From the NCBI GenBank assembly GCA_964036045.1, contig OZ038379.1, forward strand, positions 5,704,001 through 5,768,000: 64,000 bases of DNA, in the 5' to 3' direction. The notes under the pieces are model-generated. The model had not been told where the DNA came from, searched no databases, and saw only the letters and a program-made list of their open reading frames with translations. Within the stretch, counting starts at the first letter, position 1; every line of letters starts with the position of its first letter. This DNA is from Eutreptiella sp. 'Long Island Sound 2002'. Lineage: Eukaryota > Protista > Euglenida. The position numbers and the translations under genes were made by a program. Positions 38,812-49,611 of this stretch are shown here, one piece after another.

Positions 38812-39197
38812 AAGATGCCACATATGTGACAGCTTGTATGATCTGCACAGATAAAGGCCCTTCCTGTTTCTCCTCTTGTAGACGTCGTGTGGAGATCTTC
38901 ACATAAGAGGCACACGGACTGTCACGGACTGCAAGGTTGTGGGGGCGGGGTGTTCGATGACGTGTTGCATGGGTACAAAAGTACAGCAGGGCAATCGTGT
39001 GTCCGAGATCAATCCCAAGGCCCATAAGGACGTCCATTGGGCACCGAGGTGTTTACCAACAGACAACACTTTGGCTTAGCACCCACGCTGTGATGTCACA
39101 TGCCAATGTACGTACATTGCAGCGTGCTCAGTGGGCACTGGCTTGAAGTAGGCACGCTAGTCTTCGATGATGAGACTGTGGACTTCAGAAGGAGAAG
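38812..39197 (-). repeat. Right arm of the ~380-bp inverted repeat pair
   Basis: Reverse complement of 35850-36225. Confidence 0.92.
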
Positions 39198-39609
39198 CAC
39201 CTCTGGGGACAGGGCTGTTGCACTGCTGGCACTCTTGTTTCTGTGAGGGTGTGTGTTGTGCCAGGTCTGTCCTTAGCGACGCCCACAATCCCTTTTCCTT
39301 TCTCGTTGAGGGGTCTTCATACCCTGGGCTGGTGCGTACGCGCCAACTGCGGGCGCTTATTGGCCAACCGCTGTCAACGTGACAGTCACCGTCCATTTGG
39401 GTGGTGTGCTTGCGTCTACCGCTGTTGGTCGGCGGCCATTTTGCCCGTGCCTTGATAATCGAACGCTTAGAGTTTTTCATTTCGTTTCTTGTTTGGAAGG
39501 AAGAGCCTGTGGACTAGCCAGTACAGCGCAACAATTGATGGATGAGAGCAATCGCTTGAGATTTCTTGTTGTTTGCATCATGTGCTTCTTCCTGTGGAGT
39601 GCTACCTTC

Positions 39610-40307
39610 GGGGGCACCTTAAGCGCAGTGCGCACGCAGTGCAACTATTTGGGCCTTTGGCTGTAGTAGAAACCCATACTTTGTGGTACTAGGGGCATCA
39701 TTGTTGTTTGATAACACGTATTTTGGTGCTTTTTTTGCATCCGATATGGCATTTTTGGGTTTTCACCCATTCCCCCCCATTTTTCACCTATTTTCACTCG
39801 CCGCATGTCTACTTTCTAGGTTTCTCCCCACTATGGCAGCCCTCAATGTGGGCACTCTGCCTCAGCCTCTGTTGATTTGCATCCTGTGTTTGATGCAATT
39901 GTCAAGGTAAAGATCAACATGCCGATGACAAGCGTGCAAATGAAGATCAACCATCACACGAAGGGCAGCTCGATAATCTGAGGATGCACGGTGGGCAAAT
40001 GTGCATTGTGTGTAGTCTTACTTGAATCGTGTTGTTGCCTAGATTCGATGGGTAGAAAGACTTTCTTTTGTCCCTCGTGACATTGGTGGGTGTTCTTCTT
40101 TGGGATCCTAAAGGGTTTCAAATATTCAGGGGACATTATTTCATGGCATCTGATGGGAAGGGAAGGTAGTTCACAACCGTCTTAAGCTAGGGTAGCTGGG
40201 GTGGCCTAATTTTGAGGGTGTTTGGAAGGGGTCGGTATGGGGGTTCTTCACAAGGGAATCTAGTCTAAAAATAGCGTGCAGCGCACATGCAGTGCAAGGA
40301 AGCCCCC
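39610..40307. mobile_element. Family C MITE, copy 2
   Basis: GGGGGCACCTT...AAGGAAGCCCCC termini, flanks TTC/TTA. Highly similar along its length to 53332-54018. Confidence 0.8.
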
Positions 40308-41197
40308 TTAGCGCGTTAACAACCAGGATATGGGCGCATCAAGCAATCGTTGGTTGCTTCGGGGCAGTATGCCAAGGTGGCAGAAGCGTTTTCTGCCTGA
40401 ACACATGGAGCCACACATGATGTGGGTGGGTCCAGCGATTGTCCGACTAAGCTGCGTGTGGGCCCAGGGTGGGTTTCTGAGAAGAGCCGGGACTCGAAGG
40501 CCAATGCTACCGAGCACACCATTCCCGGCGCAAACGCAAAGGACACGCAAAGTCAGGGCACACCAAGTGACACCAGGACAAAGCACACGATCGAAGGGCA
40601 AGCAAAGGCCGAACAACAGCCTGCGTTGCATGCGACTGTTTCTGCCCACAAAAGGATCCGACTGCAGAGGGTGCCTCATTGCTATCCGTTTTGATGTGAG
40701 TTGTCGCCTTGGCTATTGTTGCTGTCCAAGCCTACCACCTCCCCCCCCCCCCAATCTTTTTCGTGTGTAGCATAGCACTGAAAGGGCGGTCTCACGTTGA
40801 GGCCTCACTAGCTATGCTGGTTCGTTGCATTCACACGGTTCGCAGTTTGTGTTTCGCTTGAACTGCTGACAGCAGGCCTGGCAGCCAAGTTGAATGCTGC
40901 TTGTGGTCCACGGGGCCTTCACTGCATGTTGAGTTGATTGCTCACCCCAAATCTTTTTTTGTTTGCTCTGTGCCGAGCGTGCACAGCTTGGACTACAATG
41001 TACTCCCGACACTCTGTACGATACAGTCAAAAAATTGGTTCCACACTAGACGCCAAGGACAGTAGGTTCCTCGTTGTGCCCTACGAGGCGCGAACCGGGG
41101 CTCTCTGTGTCAGGTATCATGTGCTACGACAGCCGAGCCACGTATATGTACTACCCACCTCACCACTTCCTCACGGCATGTGCCCTCTCCTGCACAG

Positions 41198-41503
41198 TGC
41201 CAGGCAGCCGAGGTCGCAAAGGCCGAAAGGAAGGCTCTATACCAGCGCCCCGGCACCGTCACCATCGATGCGCGGAGCCCAAAGGAATACGAGGCTGGCA
41301 CTTTGACGAAGGCCTTGAACATCGTCCACAGCGAAGTGCCGGCCAATGTGGACAGGCTCCCAGCGGCGAAGGACACGACGATTCTGGTGTTCTGCCGCAG
41401 GGGTGTGCGGGCCGGCAAGGCCCGGGAGGCATTGGTGGGCCTCGGGTACACGAACGTCGTAAACGTAGGAGGATACGACGACGTGAAGGACTTCGACGAG
41501 TGA
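41198..41503 (+). CDS. Single rhodanese (sulfurtransferase) domain, terminal exon
   Basis: TVTIDARSPKEYEAGTLTKALNI, active-site loop FCRRGVRA, LGYTNVVNVGG, then TGA. Acceptor TGCACAG at 41197 (alternatives 41203, 41207). Confidence 0.9.
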   Translation, partial: CQAAEVAKAERKALYQRPGTVTIDARSPKEYEAGTLTKALNIVHSEVPANVDRLPAAKDTTILVFCRRGVRAGKAREALVGLGYTNVVNVGGYDDVKDFDE

Positions 41504-42058
41504 TGGGGCCTCGCCCTTCAGAGGGCCTACACTCGTGAGGTGAGGTGAGGTGAGGTAACGGGGGGGGGCCACGGGTGCCATCAGGCCGCCGCACGCTCCC
41601 CAGGAGCTTGGGTTTGCATGGCGCAAAAAAGGCCATAATTGCATGGCGGTCACCAACCTTCTCGCAAGGGTTTGTACCATGGCCGATTCTGAAGTTCCCT
41701 TTGCGCGGCGAAGCACTGGACTGCGGCGGGATGTGAACCGGCGGTCAGCGAATGACAAAGCTACATGAATCCACGAAGCGATTGGTTGTGGAATTAGCTC
41801 GAGAGCATGGGACGCAACCCGGAGCCACTGCACATACAGCGAGTGAAACTGCAGAATAGGGGTACCCCCCCCCCCCCATGCCAATGGACCCCCCTTGCTA
41901 ATGGACCCCCCCTCTCGAAAGAAGAAACATGCCCCCCCCTCAGATTTTTTCACCAAATCGCACACAAATTGCCCTTTTTTGCCTAGTTTCCTGAGTGTGA
42001 CATTGTGTGTCTCATGCCTAATTCTCCACCTTGCTTTGCTCTCACAGAATGTGACTAT

Positions 42059-42199
42059 TGCTGTGCCCCAAAGCAGATAAAGGGGCTAGTTCGGGTCTTT
42101 TGATTGTTGCAGTCCTGAATATTACAATTTGCCTGGTGCTGTGCCCCAAAGCAGATAAAGGGGCTAGTTCGGGTCTTTTGATTGTTGCAGTCCTAAATA
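42059..42199 (+). repeat. Tandem duplication, 78-bp period (about 1.8 copies)
   Basis: GCTGTGCCCCAAAGCAGATAAAGGGGCTAGTTCGGGTCTTTTGATTGTTGCAGTCCT at 42060 and 42138. Confidence 0.95.
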
Positions 42200-43439
42200 C
42201 ACAGATACAGACACATACACAAACACAACACAGACACAACACAGACAGATAGACAGACAGACAGACAGATTTCAGCATGCGTTGCTCAGGTCAAAGTGCC
42301 GTGATTCATTCCGTCAGTCAGCCAATTGCAGTTGCATATAATTCATGTCTATTTGAAAACATTATTGTTGCGCACTTCACAGAGCTGAATTTTTTCAAGC
42401 AGGCCTGGGGCCACCACTTTCAGCCCTGTTGTGTGCCTGTTTTCCACAACGGTTCCCTGATCAGGGCCACATCTGGCCCCAGTGGTATGTTGCGATCTAA
42501 TGCACGCCGTTATTTTGTAGCATTCAACCACGTTTGTCAGCTTCTTTGACTGCCACATGAAGTACATGGTGCTGAAACTTTTTGAAGCAGGCCTGGGGTC
42601 ATCACTTTCAACCATCATCGTTTCACTACCATGCATTGGTATCCTCTGCAGGCACAGATCCAGGTTTGCCTTTTCGGCCACACGATATATCGGGTGACTG
42701 TACTGTGCCCTGCAGCACTGATGCAGAGACCGGGTTGTGAACCCGAGAGCCTTATCGCTACTCAGCGCAGGCCTGTTGCAAAAAAAAAAAAAAAGAAGAA
42801 CGGTGTAAAAGCATGAAAAAATTGCCAAAGGTGGCTTACGTGAGCTCCACAACCACCACAAAGATGCAAGAGGTACCAAGCATGGGTCCCCACCACGTTT
42901 ACACCAATGGCACAAGCTAGAAAATGCATGCACAAAGAATTTTTTTTGGATTTTTTACGAGAACTCGAGTCAATGGACCCCCCGTGCGCGTGTCAATGGA
43001 CCCCCCCCTTCGAAAGAAGAAACATGGCCCCCCTTGCCAATGCCCCCCCCCCCCCCTCTGGAAATAAGAAACATGGCCCAGGCCATTGACACGGGGGGGG
43101 GGGGTGGTAGGAGGCTGTTCAGATCCGCAGGCGTAACTATCAATTTGACACCAATCCAATCGTATCACTCTGGCCACAACAGTTAGAGCCCCCCCAAAAT
43201 GGGGGCAATGTGAACCGCTGGTGGGCTGATCGACTGGCACTGCGACACGTCCATTTCCCCACGATTTTAGATATAACTGCCTCCTCCAAAAAAGCAAATG
43301 ACGGTGTTGGCGAAAGGTGTGCGCTTTGTGCCGCCTCTTGCCCAACAACAAACTGTACCGTCTCGACGCGGACTTGCTGACTTTGGGTCCTCTGTTCACA
43401 AAACGCCGCCCCGCCAAGGAGCAGCCCCCCACCCCCCAA

Positions 43440-43620
43440 CACAGACTTCACGGTCGTGGGACAGACTTCGTGTCAGGCATTGCGGCGCCGGCGTGGGAGG
43501 GACGCCACGGGGCTGAAGCAGCACTTCATCCACTGAAAAGTACTTTCCCCCCGTGGCTTGGCACACGCAATGCAGACAATTGATTCCTGCGAACCCAAAC
43601 CAGGGCGCACACACCATAAG
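43440..43620 (+). repeat. Dispersed repeat family F fragment
   Basis: GAAAAGTACTTTCCCCCCGTGGCTTGGCACACGCAATGCAG...CCCAAACCA matches 59810-59885. The downstream part of the 59.8-59.9 kb copy (CCCAAACC...GTACC...CTGAGCCTTTGTGG) also matches 12787-12850. Confidence 0.75.
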
Positions 43621-45599
43621 TCCCCACCGGCAGGCTTCCTCAGCCTTTATGACAAAGCCCCCCTAACACAGCCCTCCCACACAGGGACGCTGCGAGAGAT
43701 AAGGGTCGGGTTCGCTGCAATCCTCCCATCGCCCAGGCACTCCCGCCTCCTGTAGATGTGGCAGCGTGTCATGCCCGTGCCTTCCTACTTGGGCTCGGGA
43801 CCCTGGGGGCGTTGGTGGCAGCTGCGTGGATGGCGCCGGTGCGTGGGCGTGTTCCTTCGGTGCGGCACAGGGTCTGGTGCATCGCGGCGCAAGCTGTGGT
43901 AGGGGGCAGCGATTTTGTAAGGCAGGCCCTGATGCCTTGGGCTGGCGTGGGGACCTGGCGGCACGGCGCCGCCCACGGAGCGACCTGAAGTCCCACGCTT
44001 GTGGGTGGCTCTGGCTGCGTTTCTTCGTCATGCGGGCGGTGTTTGGTGGGCCCAGGCGCTGGGATTTTTCTTTTTTTGGTTGCGTCCGTCCGTCCGTTTC
44101 CTGGAGTGGGCGGGGCAGAGGTCGAGAAAGACACCGTGTGCCTGTGACATCCGCCTCACGTTTGCGGCACGACGCCCGTTGAGGGACGAGTGTACGGAAT
44201 ACAAAAGACAGCGGGGGGTGGGGCGGCAGGAAAAGCACAGGTCAGGCTGCGTCACTGGCCCTGTGGTAGACGTGGTCAGCCCTCAGATCATCGGCCCACT
44301 CCCCCAACGCATGCGTGTGCACCTGAATGCACGCGCATACTGCGCGGGCTGCGTGAACATGGACGCTGTTCAAGCGTTTACACATGCCTTCCTGCGACAC
44401 GCTCGATGCCTCTGGCGCGCCAATCAATCCACTACCGCCAGTGGCCTGTGCCCTGCAATTGGCGCCGCGGGAACTAAATTCCCACCCCACGTGAATCACC
44501 GAGATCTTTTTCTGACTCTGCCTGTGCTTGCGCAAGGGGGAGGGGCATATATTGGAAGGGCACATTAGGGGTGAGGCGGATTGGCTGAGATGGTGGACAG
44601 GGCCACATTTTTTGAATCTTGATCAATCTTTGCTGAGGCTTTTTGAGTCACGTTTTGCTCAGGATTTCACACCCCCACACTCTCTCACTGTCCATGACAT
44701 GTCTCATCCCAAACCCCTGGCGGATGCATCTGCATACGGGACTGCCGTCATAGGGCTACGAGGCACCGTTGGTTCCCTTGGCCGGTCCCCAGCACACAGT
44801 TCCTTGTCGGTCGACGGCCATCCAGTACCCTGCCCCCTTTTGTGCGTCAGCACCTGCCCCCTCTTGACTGACCAATGACAGCCAGCCCATTCCAACCGCG
44901 CCTTTGGCGAAGGTTGTGGTGGTGCTGGTTTCATCAATGGTTCCTGAAGATGTTTGGACATCCCTCAGGATGGGCCCACTGGATGACCTCCTGGATGATG
45001 ATGTTTCCTGAGTTGCTGATTGGTTGTCCTCTCAGCCGCCCTGACTTGGGCTTCGTGGGTGTAAGCACGAGGGTTATGCAGCATATCTTTGGTCGTGTGG
45101 CTAGGCCTTGATGGCTCAATGACAGTGATTGGCCGTCGACTGCATGCGGTTCGCAGGTCACTGACGGCAGATGCGACGCAAGCGACAGTTGTCGGCGATT
45201 GTTCAACGGCAGCTGGCAGGGAAGCTGCGCAGCACTTTGCTCGAATTGTAGCGGTTGTGTCCGTCACAAGACCAATATTGGTGAGTTGTGCATGTGCCAA
45301 ATGTGCCAAGCGGAAGGAAAAGGATGCAAGGTTCGAAGGCGGAGCGATCGCTGTGTGGAGATGTTGTCAGATCTGGAACAGCCTCTCCAACATCATCGCA
45401 AATGGAAAGGTTCCAAGAGACCTGGGAACTCGGCATGAGAAATGGCAAAAATGGGGGAAATGGGGCATATGGGCGAAAGGAGGCGAAAGGAGGAAGTCGG
45501 GGCACACGCAATTTTCGGAAAACCAAAGAAAGTGGAGGAATTGAAGCAGGAGACATCCAGGAACTCTGGGAGACCAGTTGGGCGTGAGGCTGAAGGACC

Positions 45600-47214
45600 T
45601 ACCCCAATGGGTTGATCTGTTGGTTTAACCCCTTGTAAAATCATCATTTTGTCCACTAAATGCATCCCCTAGTGAGTATTTGGTCCGGACCCCCTGGACC
45701 CCCCCCCCCCCACCTTGAAACCCACTCTTTTTTTTTTTGAGGTGTCACGGGAGAGGGGTGGGGTGGGGTGGGGTGGGGTCAAAATGTTGATAAAATGCTG
45801 CTCCCCCTTTTTTTGGGTTGAAAATCATGAATCATTTGTTTTTTTTTCCGATTTTTGAGCCGAAAAAGTGTTTTCGGGTCCCGAACCCATGGGGTTTCTA
45901 TGGGGCAGAATGGGACCGGCGCTTATGCGGTTTATGCATTTTTTAGTCGTTTTTGCTCTGTTGGTGTATTTGGTGACCTTACTCTGTGGTACCCACTCTA
46001 TGGTGTGCAAGCAGGGATGTTGTGCAGTATATGCCTACTAGGATATGAAAGGACGTTTTATGCAGCCTCTAGCCTTCCCCAAGGCTGGTCATGGCGTGTG
46101 CCCCAATGAGTTGTTGGTCCCCGAGACCACCCCCCACTTGAAACCCATTTTTTTGCCTTTTTAAGGGAGGGGGGTGGGGTTGGGGTGTTCAAAAACGTCA
46201 AAACAACAACCTGCGCCCCTTTTTTGTGTTGAAAATCATGAATCTTTTGGTTTTTTCCCTGATTTTGAGCCGAAAAAGTGTTTTCGGGTCCCGAACCCAT
46301 GGGGTTTCTATGGGGCGGAGTGGGACGTGCGCCGATGCAATTTTTAGTCGTTTTTGCTATGTTGGTGTTTTTGGCGACCTGAGTGACCCTGTGGTACTTA
46401 GTGGTACCCACTCTAGGGGGTGCAAGCAGGGATGTTGTGACAACATATGTCTACTAGGATACAAAAGGATGTTTTTCACAGTCTCTAGCCCTACATAGGA
46501 CCGGTCAAGGGCCGGGGAAAAGACGCTAAATCACCAGAGCCACCAATAATGGCTTAGAATGTGCGCATGGGCTGGTACATAACCCGCGCGCCGGGGGGGG
46601 GGGGGGGGGGCACTTTCTGAGTGTCTATTTTTTTTTCGACCTTTTGCGAAAGGCGCCTAGGGCTGTTTTCGGCTCTTGATAAGCTTTTCTCCTCTTCTTG
46701 TGGCCTGCATGTGCTGATTTGTTGCTGACGTCGCCTCAACCAACAACACACACGTGACAGCTCACACGTCACCATACGGGGGCAATGGACTGGTACACAA
46801 CCTGCTTATGCAGTTTTTCACCTTGTACAGCTCAAAAATCGAAGTTTCTGAAACTGATGCTTAGTTTTTCGATATCGTGGCCACTCAGAATGACCATGTA
46901 TGCTATGTATACTATGTATTCGGCAGCATTTAGGTGTTTTTTTTACCCTATTTCGGGGTTGGGTGTGTGTGGGGGGTGGGGGGGGGCTCAATGGACTGGT
47001 ACCCAACGTGCGTCTCCATTTTTCACCCTGTACGGCTCAAAAATTGAAGTTTCTGAAAATTGTTTTTTTGTGATCATGGCCACTCAGAATGATCATCCAA
47101 GCTATGTAAAGCATGTTTTATGCAGTATTTATGTGTTTTTTTTTACCCCATTTGGGCTTCAGTGCTCAAGGTAGATTCTCTGCGAGGTGGACTTGCCGAA
47201 GGCAATAGAATTTT
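45600..47214 (+). mobile_element. Longer family B-related element with an internal ~411-bp-period direct duplication (about 45760-46490); may be nested
   Basis: AACCCCTTGTAAAATCATCATTTTG near 45627 matches the family B interior. End TCTCTGCGAGGTG-GAC-TTGCCGAAGGCAA-TAGAATTTT at 47177-47214. Duplicated block GAAAATCATGAATC...GAGCCGAAAAAGTGTTTTCGGGTCCCGAACCCATGGGG at 45820 and 46231. Confidence 0.5.
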
Positions 47215-47984
47215 GATAAAAAATGTAATATTCTGACCATTCACAATCATGAAATATCCTTTATAAAGCATGTTTTAGACCCGCTTTGTATGTTTTTTTT
47301 TTCATGCAGCTGGGCTGGGGGATCAGCTGATGGTGCCGCGCGGGACATGAGGGGCACCAGGTGCTGGGGCAGGCGCCTTCTCAACAGTGACAGGGCTCGG
47401 GCCGGAAGGGGCTGGCACCAGAGGCTCGGCAGGCGGGGGCGAGCGTGCTCACTGCATGGCTTGGGCGGCGTCCGTAGCGCTGCATGCAGTAGAAAGGCCG
47501 CCACAGCGGGCCCAGCAGCATGTGGCGAATAGCACCGCGCATCGCACAGTGCGCAACACAGAGCACATCGCACAGTGCACAGCACCCTGGCTGGCCCGTG
47601 CCTCTGCGCTTTGGCTGCCAGGCCACGCCTTTCTCAATGGTGCTGCCAGTGCGGTAGCTCCCCTCGACAAATTGGCCCCTTGGGGCACCGAACGCTGTAG
47701 CGCTGGCGTCCCCAGGGGGCACATCCGCGCCTAACCTGATGCACGGAAGGGCGAGCTCGGAAGAGACATAGTCTTAACCGGCTCGTCCCTCTGTGCCGCC
47801 GTTCTCTACAGGCGGAGGGGGGGGGGCGCACAACTCTTCGGTTGGCCCTTCCCCCCAGCCCCTCGACCTTTGTACATAGGCTCATGGACAGAAATAGCGC
47901 AATAACCCTCTTTGTGTGTTTTTCACCCTAGTTGGGTGTTTGGAGGAGGGATGGGGGGCTTCTAAATGACTTTGGGAGTACCTG

Positions 47985-48052
47985 ATTGATTGACTGACTG
48001 TGCTCCCTCCCTCTTTGAGGTGTCTTGCCAATGGAAAACGGCAATGGAATTT
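47985..48052 (+). mobile_element. Family B right end (TGAC microsatellite, subTIR, hairpin)
   Basis: TGATTGATTGACTGACTG...CCTCTTTGAGGTG-TC-TTGCC-AATGGAAAAC-GGCAA-TGGAATTT. Confidence 0.55.
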
Positions 48053-49611
48053 AAGTATCACCCCAACTGGCCTCATGCATGCCGTTTTTTTTGTGTTGTG
48101 CCAAACTTAGCAAGGAGATCAATGGGGGGCGAGGGTTAGAAAACAGGTAGACTTTGGGATGTCCATTCGCGGGGTGTATATGTTTGCTTTATTAGAGCTC
48201 ATCAGTATGGCAACAATACCAAAACTCAAACTAAGTAACCCTTGTGACGAACTCTGTATTGACCACCTTTTCTGTGCAGTCCGGGGATCTTAATGACCCC
48301 CTTCACTCACCTAGTAACGCCCTCCTCAATGGACGGGATTTGGCAACACAAAGTTTCTCCAAAATTGCCTATCACACTCAATGGGGTGCTTGCTGCGAGC
48401 TAGATCAAAGGGGTCACGGGTGTTGTACGATATGACCACATCCTCCTTTGAAGCAACCATTGAGTGGATGATGGTGAAATATTCCCTCTCCTCTCATCTT
48501 GAAGCGCGCACGGAAATTGAGAGCTGCAGCGGCGCTGTGTGCCACATGCCCGCATGATATTGAATGGATGGATCAGCTTGGGCGTGAGGTGTGAGAATGT
48601 CAGGAGTTGTTTGAGGGCAGAGGTCGAGGAGTTGGTGATAGTTGAAAGGATTGATTCCTTGAGAACAATGGTTGATGACAACAGTGCAATCTTTTCAGGC
48701 TTTTGAACAAAGCCCTCAGATCCTTTACCAAGGTTAGTGGGGCGGTTTTCACAAAGTGTCTGGCGACCATCTGAGGCGGCTCGACAGGTTGGTGGGGCAT
48801 GGTACCTCCCCCCCCCCCCCTGCGCGCATTGCAAGAACAATGCTCTTGTCAGAACAACACGACTTGTTGTTTCCGTCAAATTTTTGCACCTTGGTGTTGT
48901 TCTCGCAACATGGGAGGGAGGTAGTGTTATGGAGTCCAACAAACATCAAATCTAGACAGCTTTACAACGCTATGGCAATGCATGAATCCGTTTTCGGGCA
49001 CACCCTTCCAACCATTCAAAACCAAACTGCGAGCAAAAGGACTCATCATGAATGGAGCAAGAGCTCAATGTGGCTGCTTCACCACACCCTCCTCCTTCCC
49101 TAACGTCTCCATTCATCGTTCATATCCATTACACTGCCGACGCCCTCCTGCTTCCACGTATAACCCAACCTCCAGTGTTATGCAAAAGTAGCCAGGGTTT
49201 GCAAAGGGCCACAAGGGACGCAAGCACTCCACAATTTCCGAACTAACAAAGACAGGCCACCAGTAGACAAAACATGATGTTGGCCCAAGAACCGGTTGTG
49301 GCTTGTGGTTGGCTGGAGTGGGCCAGTAGACAGACGTATGGATGCGATGACACTGTTTTCCAAGCCAATCTGGTCAGCAACGAGCCTTTGTTCCAAAATC
49401 TGTCTTTGGTTGTGTCCTCTTTTGGTTCGAAGGCGGTGGAAAAGTCCGAGGGCCCAGGTATGGTGGTAGATATGTCCAGATGTGCAAAAACACCTCCTCC
49501 TTGTCCGTGGGCCTTCTGGGCGACCGGGCTGCTGTGTGAGACGCACTCAGACATTGCTGCCTGCCTCTCTGCAATTTTCGGTCTTCTCTAGAGTGCTATT
49601 GTTTCGCAGCC

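Noticed and set aside
43999-45400. Possible decayed non-LTR retrotransposon 3' region (LFLTLPVLAQGG resembling the RT-thumb LP..GGLG motif)
   Set aside because: The match is to one weak motif, with no YxDD or other RT core nearby, and the frames shift repeatedly. It is unsupported without a profile search.
48240-49200. Putative LINE APE-endonuclease relic (GDLN motif; one frame with nine stops, all TGA)
   Set aside because: The other two + frames are also TGA-dominated, so the pattern is compositional rather than frame-specific, and several frames on both strands look equally protein-like. It needs a translated HMM search before any call.
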